A stretch of DNA of 45,137 nt from Escherichia phage vB_Eco_Sem3. A model generated the notes under the pieces. It was not told the origin of the DNA. It saw only the letters and a program-made list of their open reading frames with translations, and ran no database searches. This document shows, one piece after another, positions 38,502 to 45,137 of this stretch. The stretch's first letter is position 1, and every line of letters starts with the position of its first letter. Made by a program: the position numbers and the translations under genes. The stretch is from the sequence record PV775410.1, one strand, 5' to 3'.

Positions 38502-38630
38502 TCAGAACTCCCACGCAGCGCGTTTAGATGCACGGTCACGGACAGGTTTATTCAGCTTCTTGCCTTTCTTCTGCCCTTCTTCCATGTCAAAACGGTTAGC
38601 TTTACGGGTCATCTTCTCAAAGTTACGCAT
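38502..38630 (-). CDS. T7 gp1.1-like small basic protein (42 aa)
   Basis: MRNFEKMTRKANRFDMEEGQKKGKKLNKPVRDRASKRAAWEF closely parallels T7 gp1.1 (MRNFEKMTKRSNRNARDFEATKGRKLNKTKRDRSHKRSWEGQ, from memory). Confidence 0.7.
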   Translation of the reverse strand: MRNFEKMTRKANRFDMEEGQKKGKKLNKPVRDRASKRAAWEF

Positions 38631-38656
38631 GGTTAAATCTCCAAAGTAAGTTAGTC

Positions 38657-38677
38657 TTATCTATACTGTCCGGTAAA
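38657..38677 (-). promoter_or_regulatory. Phage RNAP promoter variant (TATACTGTC core, CCGGT class)
   Basis: Minus strand reads ATTTACCGGACAGTATAGATAAG; immediately 3' of a palindrome on the transcribed strand. Confidence 0.5.
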
Positions 38678-38683
38678 TACGAA

Positions 38684-38699
38684 GTCTCACATGTGAGAC
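38684..38699. repeat. Perfect palindrome GTCTCACATGTGAGAC (copy 5)
   Basis: Read directly; 6 nt from the promoter at 38657-38677. Confidence 0.8.
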
Positions 38700-38841
38700 A
38701 ACCTAGATCTGCCCTTCCTCTAAGTAGTAATAAGAGGAAGGAAGGAGGTAATAGGTATTCCTAGATAACCTATATAGCCTTTAATACCTATTACTTCCTT
38801 TTATATCCTTTATCTTCCCTTTTCTTTCCTGTCTCCGACGG

Positions 38842-38864
38842 CTATCCTATAGTGTCCGGTAAAT
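38842..38864 (-). promoter_or_regulatory. Phage RNAP promoter, CCGGT class (first promoter after the RNAP gene)
   Basis: Minus strand reads ATTTACCGGACACTATAGGATAG. Confidence 0.65.
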
Positions 38865-38866
38865 AA

Positions 38867-38882
38867 GTCTCACATGTGAGAC
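38867..38882. repeat. Perfect palindrome GTCTCACATGTGAGAC (copy 6)
   Basis: Read directly; 2 nt from the promoter at 38842-38864. Confidence 0.8.
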
Positions 38883-38914
38883 ACTTTATGTTAATGAAAT
38901 GTTACCGGTAGTAG

Positions 38915-38947
38915 GTAAAAGAAAAGGCCACTCCCGAAGGAATGGCC
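38915..38947 (-). terminator. Intrinsic terminator downstream of the RNAP gene (early terminator)
   Basis: Minus strand reads GGCCATTCCTTCGGGAGTGGCC followed by TTTTCTTTTAC. Confidence 0.7.
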
Positions 38948-38955
38948 TATTAATA

Positions 38956-41583
38956 TTATGCGAAGCAATAGTCAGATACTAAGATTTCGTTAAGGTCAAA
39001 TTCTCCTTGCTCTGGCACTTGGATTCCGGTGTCTACTAACCAGCGTTCTTCATGCTCATCTAACAGGCTTTGCAGGGCATTACGACCTTGATACATCTTC
39101 ACCATTTCTGCCCTTAAGCTATCCCGCAGGTCTGCTGTACGGCCTGCATGAGTACCAAAGGAATCATGGATGACTGCAATAGAGGTAATACCTTTATCCA
39201 CTAAAGCACACACCGTTAGAATCAGGTGGCTAGCATCATGACCATGCACGAAGTTAGGAGCAGCCGCACCCATCATGGCTGTTTCATCCACTACATCAGT
39301 CTCAATCTGTAGACTCATCTTGATTTCACCCATCAAGCAAGTGGATACGCGTAGCATGTCGGTAGCCATTATCTTTTGTTGCAAGATGAAACCAGTAGGT
39401 AAGGTGTACTCTAGCCCTTCGTTTCTTTTAGCTGCGAAGCGTGCAAGCTGGCGAATCATTTTCATCGCCACTATAGGAGCTTTAACAACCTCAGAGATAG
39501 AAGGCCAGATTAAAGCTGTCATATAGTTATAAGCTGCGCTAGGTGTCAGGCTGTCCTTACGGTCATTATCAAAAGGGTGTACAGGATTGGCGGTACGCCC
39601 TTCCGCAATAGCTCGTTGGGCCTCTTTTTCTTCCAAATCAACGATATAATCAATCACTGATTCACGGCAGGTTAGACGTGTGCTGCCATAAGGTAGTGTC
39701 ATTACGGGCTTTTTGGTCAATCCGCGAGTGATTCCTATCATATCCCACGCATTAGCCATGCTACGCAGTTCTGCACCTGTAAGTGTGACGCTCCCAGATG
39801 TGAAAGTCACTGCATCGTCTGCATTCATGTAGGCGTAATTCTTCTGGATAACAACCTGCGCAACCGCGCCATAAATATCTTGAGGGAAGTCAGAAGGCTT
39901 AAGGTTTACTGCTTTCGCACCTACTTCATCGCGTAACATCGCGCTATAGTGCTGGATACCAGAGCAACTACCGTCTTGATGGACGGGTAGATGCGTCATG
40001 AATTGGTCTTGCGTGCCTTCATCCAGTGCATCCAGATAACGCGCATATTCAAAGCACCATGCAAGGAAGCCGTAAGGGGAATCAGCATTTACCCATTGAG
40101 TGAAGGTCAGCGGATCGGCTGCAATGTCGCGGCACATGTCTTGAAATTCGCCATCCAGCACGTTAGAGGTGCGCACGTCAAAAGTTTTCTTATCCCAACC
40201 CCAGTTATTCGCCCCGTTCACCAAAAACCACTTAAGCGCCTCAGCGCTATCAAGACGCTGCCCTTCGGTAAAACGGAGCAATGCCTTGCCTAAGTCGTTT
40301 GATTGCGGCGAGAGCGTGCTAGATTGCGCATAAACGCGTGAACGGCTATCCAGTGCATATACAAAATAAATCGCGTCAAACTGGCTGTATTTACGGGCCT
40401 GTCCTACCATGCGGACGGTCGCCGCCGACTTGCTGCCGCGCTTAGTCTCAGCGGTATACAGCTTAGTACATTCACCCTTCCAGTTGATGAAGGCCTGCCA
40501 TTGCTCCGGTGTTAGCATCTCTTTCAATTCACGGCCTCGCAGGTGCTGGAACTCTAACGGCACTGGATTAGCTGGCTTGTTCTCACGGTCGATGAGTGGT
40601 TTAAAGGAAGGCACACCATAACCAAGGTCGAGACGGATAACGTCCTCTACTACCTGCAAAACCTCTTTATTAACCTGCCACTTAGTCGCCTGCAAAGCGT
40701 TAACAGCCTTGTAAACCGCTGGCATTTGCTTTTTGGTCAGCTTGCGGACGTGCTCGCGGTTTCCTTTAACCAGACGAATACGACTCGCCACCTTCTCGGT
40801 ATGGAAGCCACCATTAAACGGAGAAACCCACGGACGAGGAGGAATAACGCAAGGCGCATAGGCTGGACTCAGCTGAGCTACGTGCTCTTTAAATGCAGTT
40901 ATCCATTCACCCACATGTTCGCTAGTCTGTAAGTAGTAAACGCCATGCTTGCCACCATTAGTGCGCAAGGTGCGAAGAAAGACAGGCTGACCATTGAAGA
41001 ATACACTATTTTCCAGTATTTCTAGCAAGGTCATACCTATTTGTAGCAAGGTATCTTTAGGCCACGCCTCCCAGCGAGAGAAATCAGCGTCACGGTCAGC
41101 CACTGACTTCTCAGCCACGACCGCTACGTTGTGCGCATGGCGATATGATTTAGTCTTACTTGCCTTAAGTGACTTCTTAACTTTCTCAAAGTATTTGGCG
41201 GCGTGACCTTCCAGCTTGCTAAAACGTACTTGGTCCTCAATGCGGTCAGCTACATTCATGGCTATAGCCTGCAAGGTTACATCCGTGTTCAGCATATCCA
41301 TAACGATTTTCATCGTGATATATGCTGCCACTTCGTTTTCTACGCAGTTAATGAAAGCTAATGCACGCGGTGCACGGCCTCTTTTACCTTCATACTCTTC
41401 CTTGTATGCCTGAATACCTTCAGCCATTGGCGCGATTAACTCGGACAATAAGCGGCGATTCCAGGCCGTGTCTGATTCATTACCGGATGCAATCTGGCGT
41501 TGTTGGTCCGCTTCAAAGCGACGGATACCGCCGTTAAACATTTCTTCTTCAAGTTGAAGTTGAATAGCGTGTAGGTCTTGCAT
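38956..41583 (-). CDS. Single-subunit DNA-dependent RNA polymerase, SP6-type
   Basis: 875 aa; N-terminus [31 protein letters not shown]… and catalytic motifs (…[15 protein letters not shown]…, …VHDSFGTHA…) match SP6 RNAP as I recall it; RBS AGGAG. Confidence 0.95.
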   Translation of the reverse strand: MQDLHAIQLQLEEEMFNGGIRRFEADQQRQIASGNESDTAWNRRLLSELIAPMAEGIQAYKEEYEGKRGRAPRALAFINCVENEVAAYITMKIVMDMLNTDVTLQAIAMNVADRIEDQVRFSKLEGHAAKYFEKVKKSLKASKTKSYRHAHNVAVVAEKSVADRDADFSRWEAWPKDTLLQIGMTLLEILENSVFFNGQPVFLRTLRTNGGKHGVYYLQTSEHVGEWITAFKEHVAQLSPAYAPCVIPPRPWVSPFNGGFHTEKVASRIRLVKGNREHVRKLTKKQMPAVYKAVNALQATKWQVNKEVLQVVEDVIRLDLGYGVPSFKPLIDRENKPANPVPLEFQHLRGRELKEMLTPEQWQAFINWKGECTKLYTAETKRGSKSAATVRMVGQARKYSQFDAIYFVYALDSRSRVYAQSSTLSPQSNDLGKALLRFTEGQRLDSAEALKWFLVNGANNWGWDKKTFDVRTSNVLDGEFQDMCRDIAADPLTFTQWVNADSPYGFLAWCFEYARYLDALDEGTQDQFMTHLPVHQDGSCSGIQHYSAMLRDEVGAKAVNLKPSDFPQDIYGAVAQVVIQKNYAYMNADDAVTFTSGSVTLTGAELRSMANAWDMIGITRGLTKKPVMTLPYGSTRLTCRESVIDYIVDLEEKEAQRAIAEGRTANPVHPFDNDRKDSLTPSAAYNYMTALIWPSISEVVKAPIVAMKMIRQLARFAAKRNEGLEYTLPTGFILQQKIMATDMLRVSTCLMGEIKMSLQIETDVVDETAMMGAAAPNFVHGHDASHLILTVCALVDKGITSIAVIHDSFGTHAGRTADLRDSLRAEMVKMYQGRNALQSLLDEHEERWLVDTGIQVPEQGEFDLNEILVSDYCFA

Positions 41584-41646
41584 CTTGTTTACTCCTAGTG
41601 AAAGAAACCTTAATAGGTGACACCTAAGAAGATGCCACCGATAAGG

Positions 41647-42570
41647 TTACTTAGTTAATTCTTCTACTGCCTCAGAGATTAAGGGCCATGCTTCATGGCC
41701 TTCGCCGTATCCTAGCTTAACCAGTTCGCGGCGTGCCTTGTTAACTGCTGTTTTCTTCGTTGCCTCCTCAGCGCTTAAACCTAAGCGAGCATAGAAGCAG
41801 GAAGATTTGAATTGCGGCAGCATAGGCGCGGCTGCTTTCTTGCTTTCGCGTGCGCTGCTTAAGGAGGCAATGCGGTCATTAGCTGCCTGTAATTGCTCGG
41901 TCAGTGCTTTAATTTGTGCCAGAAGGCCAGCAATAGCGGCACTCTCGGTGTTAGCCGTGTTATCCAGTGGCGCGGCCTTAGGCGCTTCCGGCTTGCTTTC
42001 ATCTTCCCACGGTGCGGATTCGTCGTTACCCGACTCACTTGCTGGCGGCACACTTTGTAATTCCTCTTTCGCCTTCTCTAAGATGAAATCCTCAAAGGTT
42101 GCATGTCCTTGCATAGTTTCTGCGGCCTCAGTCGCATTCTCCTGCGGTTTTACCGCCTCAGACTTAGATTGTACCGTCTCGGCCTTTGTCTCTTTCTTAG
42201 GATCAATCAGGGCGTTTACGGCGTTAGTGTCCAGCTTGCCCTCTGCGGCGAGTTCTGCGGCCTTCTCCATGATCATATTTTCATCAGCGAAAGGAACAAG
42301 CGCCAGCATTACACGCATAGCCACACCTTTAAAGCGTTCGTCTCCTTCAAAGACACGGGCTACACTCATCAGCTTGTAGCATTGTGCTTTCTTGATGCCG
42401 AACTCTGATTCTACATAAGCTAAAAAGTCTTTTTGACCTTCGAAATCACCGCGTAATTCATTCAGACAAGCGCCAACTTTGATGTAAGAAGTGCCGATAT
42501 TGTCTAAGTGCTGCTTGATTTCAGCGGTTGCAGCTTCACGAACAGACAGAAGGATGTTTTCAGTAGTCAT
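41647..42570 (-). CDS. Early protein of unknown function, 307 aa
   Basis: Start at MTTENIL (RBS AAGGTGA); N-terminal globular region, long acidic Ala/Pro/Glu-rich linker, small C-terminal domain; occupies the T7 gene 0.7 position but has no kinase motifs. Confidence 0.6.
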   Translation of the reverse strand: MTTENILLSVREAATAEIKQHLDNIGTSYIKVGACLNELRGDFEGQKDFLAYVESEFGIKKAQCYKLMSVARVFEGDERFKGVAMRVMLALVPFADENMIMEKAAELAAEGKLDTNAVNALIDPKKETKAETVQSKSEAVKPQENATEAAETMQGHATFEDFILEKAKEELQSVPPASESGNDESAPWEDESKPEAPKAAPLDNTANTESAAIAGLLAQIKALTEQLQAANDRIASLSSARESKKAAAPMLPQFKSSCFYARLGLSAEEATKKTAVNKARRELVKLGYGEGHEAWPLISEAVEELTK

Positions 42571-42631
42571 ATTAATCACCTTATAGTGTAAGTAAATATC
42601 ACATAGCCCACATAGGCAGGCTATAGGCTAG

Positions 42632-42859
42632 TTACTTGATGTAATGCCACGTTTCTATAAATGCATCTTTGCTAATGGCGCATTCCGTGCCGTTAGGTGC
42701 AATGTATTCTACAAGCCCACCTCTTACACAAAGGTAATTACCGCCTTCCTTTCTTAGTTTGCGTTTAGCTTTATCAAATAAGAACTCACGGTAAAGATGA
42801 TAGGAGCACCAGCTTAAGCCAATAAGAGCAAATGCCATAATGATGCTATCTAAATCCAT
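42632..42859 (-). CDS. Early small membrane protein, 75 aa
   Basis: RBS AGGAG; N-terminal TM helix IIMAFALIGLSWCSY, then a basic soluble domain. Confidence 0.55.
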   Translation of the reverse strand: MDLDSIIMAFALIGLSWCSYHLYREFLFDKAKRKLRKEGGNYLCVRGGLVEYIAPNGTECAISKDAFIETWHYIK

Positions 42860-42922
42860 AGTCTTAACTCCTAGTAAGTGAAAGTTTAATCAGGCGCTAC
42901 CGTAGCAACGCCTTGTTAAGCC

Positions 42923-42945
42923 TTCTCTTATAGTGTCAGCTAAAT
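42923..42945 (-). promoter_or_regulatory. Degenerate phage promoter-like sequence (GTCAGCT variant)
   Basis: Minus strand reads ATTTAGCTGACACTATAAGAGAA; lies upstream of the RNAP gene, where a phage promoter would not be expected to act early. Confidence 0.3.
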
Positions 42946-43051
42946 AGTTTGTATGTAGTACCTAGCACTTCCTCACGAATCTGAGCGAATCGTAGGGAAC
43001 ACTTCAGGGTTACACCGTCTGAAAAGATGAAGTTGTATAGCTTTTCCATTC

Positions 43052-43408
43052 TTATTCCTCTTCTTCTTTTTCTAAATATTCGGCAGAGTTGACGTATTCA
43101 ACAATCATATACTGAACACGTTCCCATAGATCAATTGTGAGTTGCTCATAGATACGGGCTTGCAATACTACGGTTACATCCTTAGTGTCTGGCATCAGGC
43201 CGGAGTCTTCGAAGAAATGATCAATTCCTTCACTCGCCATCACGGAGAAGATGTCAGCATAATAGATTGGTACAGCACTATCCGCCGCATCATGGATTGC
43301 ATCATGTGCGTTATCAATACAATCAATAGCATCATTCCAGATACGTTCAACTAATGCAGCATGAGCAGTGTTGTAAACCTGAGAGTAAGTCATATTAGAC
43401 ATAGCCAT
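43052..43408 (-). CDS. ocr: Ocr-like DNA mimic, anti-restriction protein (T7 gp0.3 homolog)
   Basis: Start at MAMSNMTY (RBS GAGGA); …[43 protein letters not shown]…[15 protein letters not shown]… is near-identical in blocks to T7 Ocr as I recall it; acidic C-terminus. Confidence 0.85.
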   Translation of the reverse strand: MAMSNMTYSQVYNTAHAALVERIWNDAIDCIDNAHDAIHDAADSAVPIYYADIFSVMASEGIDHFFEDSGLMPDTKDVTVVLQARIYEQLTIDLWERVQYMIVEYVNSAEYLEKEEEE

Positions 43409-43759
43409 GTTGTTAATCCTCATTTAGTTAGTTAGGTTACATTATAGGAGACTCAAGAGAATCCCCTAGGTTTAACCTATCCAGACTAAGAAGCTTCTAT
43501 CCAAATTGTTAAAGAGCGTGGCTTGTGCCTTGATAGGCTGACTAGTGCCAGCCTTTACTTTAAATCAGTGAGAAACAGCCATACCACTCTTTGAAGCTAG
43601 ATTGGTTTTCCAGTGGTAATATTTCAAGTTTACCATTGACCATACGTTCTACACAAATTAAACCTTTCATGATAATTACCTTAGTTAGTTAGCCTATCAA
43701 GACACAAACCGTATTGTTAAAGAGCGGGATGTTTAAAGACGTCGCCGTCTTGATGCTTA

Positions 43760-43788
43760 ATGTAACCTTGTATGCCGTGGCTGTCAAT
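43760..43788 (-). promoter_or_regulatory. Putative host sigma70 early promoter P2 (TTGACA-N17-TACATT)
   Basis: Minus strand reads TTGACAgccacggcatacaaggtTACATT; followed by a hairpin (AAGACGGCGACGTCTT) and the conserved GCTCTTTAACAAT box. Confidence 0.5.
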
Positions 43789-43795
43789 AGTTAAT

Positions 43796-44005
43796 TTAAA
43801 CTTTATTGCTATTTACTTCTTCCCACTCCAAGGAGTGTTGATTCAGGCTGTTAATCACTCGTTTGTGAGATAACTTGCTTTCAAACTGAAGATAAAACAT
43901 CTCAGTACCATCGTTGAGGTTGTACGTCTGACATTCTGCCTTGTACAAATCGCAGATAGCTTTAGCCGATTTATTGCAATCCGTGTAAATCTCATGTTTA
44001 AACAT
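43796..44005 (-). CDS. Early hypothetical protein, 69 aa
   Basis: RBS AAGGAG; ATG overlaps the stop of the upstream ORF. Confidence 0.55.
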   Translation of the reverse strand: MFKHEIYTDCNKSAKAICDLYKAECQTYNLNDGTEMFYLQFESKLSHKRVINSLNQHSLEWEEVNSNKV

Positions 44006-44174
44006 TGGTTAGCTCCTTCATCAGGTCACGTTTCTGGTTAACTGTATCGGTCCAACCTTCGTTCAGAAAGCGGTGATACAAGGCTAACTCGTCATCTGTA
44101 AGCAATTCGTTGTTACGAATCATGTAGCATAGCAGAGTAAAGATAGCGGACAGTTCACGGTTAGTTAGAGTCAT
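43998..44174 (-). CDS. Early hypothetical protein, 58 aa (MTLTNRELSAIFTLLCYMIRNNELLTDDELALYHRFLNEGW…)
   Basis: Hand-called; RBS GGAGG; ATGA overlap with the upstream ORF. Confidence 0.5.
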   Translation of the reverse strand: MTLTNRELSAIFTLLCYMIRNNELLTDDELALYHRFLNEGWTDTVNQKRDLMKELTNV

Positions 44175-44270
44175 GATAAAGCCTCCACAAACTCAGCATA
44201 AGACAAAGGCTCTTCTCCTCTCACTAATGCGTTATAGTAATAGGCTTTATACAGTTTTTCGTAATTCATA
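44172..44270 (-). CDS. Early hypothetical peptide, 32 aa (MNYEKLYKAYYYNALVRGEEPLSYAEFVEALS)
   Basis: Hand-called; RBS GAGGAA; first ORF downstream of promoter P1. Confidence 0.35.
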
Positions 44271-44390
44271 GCTAATTCCTCATTCAATAAGTAATTAACC
44301 ACGGCATACATAGGTTACACTAAGCAAATTGTTAAAGAGCAAGGTAACTTAGTTACCTACCGTTTGGCTATGTTGCCTCCCGATGACTGT

Positions 44391-44419
44391 AATGTACTAC
44401 CAGCTATTACCTATGTCAA
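44391..44419 (-). promoter_or_regulatory. Putative host sigma70 early promoter P1 (TTGACA-N17-TACATT)
   Basis: Minus strand reads TTGACAtaggtaatagctggtagTACATT; followed by a perfect palindrome GGTAACTAAGTTACC and the GCTCTTTAACAAT box. Confidence 0.5.
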
Positions 44420-44486
44420 CACTAAATTTCACTAAGATAGATTATTTATGTGATACATGTCACAACTACTAAGGTAAACCTAGGTT

Positions 44487-44502
44487 GTCTAACATGTGAG
44501 AC
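44487..44502. repeat. Imperfect copy of the intergenic palindrome (GTCTAACATGTGAGAC, copy 7)
   Basis: Read directly; one mismatch to the perfect palindrome; lies between the ACTAAG repeat array and promoter P1. Confidence 0.6.
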
Positions 44503-44647
44503 TAAGGAAGAGCAACAGATACAGAGCTAGGATAGGCTAGGTTGGCTAGGTTTCTGGTGTTCCTCCTACTGCATCTTATTACTATTCTCTTCTTTAGCGG
44601 TCTACCGACCGCGACCTAATGGCATCTTACATGCTTGCATGTGCAAT

Positions 44648-44787
44648 CACTAAGAGAAGACACTAAGACTTACTAAGGTACACTACTAAGCTATTACTAA
44701 GATAAGCACTAAGGCTTTAACTAGGGTAGTCCACTAAGGTTAACCTAAGCTATCCATCAAGTAATAGCATAAGGTAGTAACTAAGGT
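44648..44787. repeat. Array of short ACTAAG(G) repeats next to the terminal repeat
   Basis: At least eight copies of (C/T)ACTAAG(G) at irregular 10-25 bp spacing; four more inside the terminal repeat itself. Confidence 0.6.
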
Positions 44788-45137
44788 ACACGTCAGGCTT
44801 GTGAGTGGAGCGCTAGCGAAACGAACAGATAGCCCACGCCCTCCCACCCTGTCAAACGCTCAGGAATGGCCCTGAATAGCCTCAGGAATGCACTAAGCGG
44901 CTTCACTAAGGCAATCACCTTGTCCACCACTAAGCCATCCCTAGGCCGTCCTAGGCGCTCTCCAGCGTTCCACCTTGCTAGTACATGAGCAAAGACTAGG
45001 CTGTACCAGCTAACTAGTACGGCCTGCCCTTGTGTACTACTAAGCTAGTACAAGGAGTACATCAGCCCTGCCCCGTCGAAGACGGATTTCCTCAGGCCAC
45101 CCTATGGGGGCAACCCGGCGAGGGCGAGGAAGCAGAG

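Noticed and set aside
13160-38882. Interpreting the GTCTCACATGTGAGAC palindromes as LexA boxes or a restriction-site artefact
   Set aside because: The sequence does not fit the CTGT-N8-ACAG SOS box. Its restriction to intergenic positions next to promoters argues for a phage-specific RNA or DNA signal.
1214-42408. Plus-strand ORFs in the track (for example 20493-21263 at 256 aa, 29907-31043 at 378 aa, 21896-22225, 41807-42379, 6897-7394)
   Set aside because: All lie antisense to well-supported minus-strand genes in a genome transcribed entirely in one direction. Their translations are low-complexity or Cys/Leu/Ser-rich with no RBS, so they are shadow ORFs.
42930-43043. 37-aa ORF (MEKLYNFIFSDGVTLKC…) between ocr and the 75-aa gene
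   Set aside because: It has an RBS-like GAGGAA but overlaps the degenerate promoter-like site and is very short, so the evidence is insufficient.
8372-43423. Track ORF N-terminal extensions (for example terS at 8716, ocr at 43423, endolysin at 5780, tailspike 1 at 4765, exonuclease at 29089)
   Set aside because: The extended starts use TTG or GTG without an RBS and overlap upstream genes. Internal ATG or GTG codons with clear Shine-Dalgarno sequences were preferred.
44470-44790. ACTAAG repeat array as a possible CRISPR array
   Set aside because: The repeats are only 6-8 bp, irregularly spaced and without spacers of uniform length. They are T7-like terminal-region micro-repeats, not CRISPR.
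1-45137. Prophage or temperate-lifestyle features (integrase, repressor, attachment sites, tRNA genes)
   Set aside because: No integrase-like, recombinase-like or CI-like ORF and no tRNA-like structure was seen. Gene content is that of a strictly lytic T7/SP6-type phage.

Overview
This window is an essentially complete genome of a lytic T7-supergroup podophage (Autographiviridae), given as the reverse complement of the usual orientation: every credible gene is on the minus strand, with early genes at high coordinates and tailspikes at low coordinates. Identical 301-bp direct repeats (115-415 and 44829-45129) bracket the genome. Gene order from high to low coordinates: ACTAAG short-repeat array; sigma70-type early promoters; three small early ORFs; an Ocr (T7 gp0.3) DNA-mimic homolog; a 75-aa membrane protein; a 307-aa early protein of unknown function; an SP6-type single-subunit RNA polymerase; a gp1.1-like peptide; primase/helicase; an HNH endonuclease abutting DNA polymerase; putative SSB; 5'-3' exonuclease; endonuclease VII-like resolvase; metallophosphoesterase; DUF3310-like protein; DNA ligase; a GNAT acetyltransferase; portal, scaffold, major capsid, tail tubular A/B; four internal virion proteins; tail-fiber adaptor; holin; small and large terminase; two paralogous small proteins; an M15 endolysin; a spanin-like pair; two beta-helix tailspikes; and a terminal HNH endonuclease. 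About twelve SP6-like phage promoters (minus-strand consensus ATTTAC(T/C)GGACACTATAGAAG) and three hairpin plus U-tract terminators are visible. All protein identifications are by eye from motifs and remembered family sequences; no database search was run. Hand-called coordinates may be off by 1-3 nt. The most unusual items are an uncharacterised early-gene set around ocr, a 16-bp perfect palindrome (GTCTCACATGTGAGAC) recurring seven times in intergenic DNA, a GNAT acetyltransferase inside the replication module, apparent frame discontinuities in two genes, and a tandem pair of paralogous small proteins next to the lysis genes.
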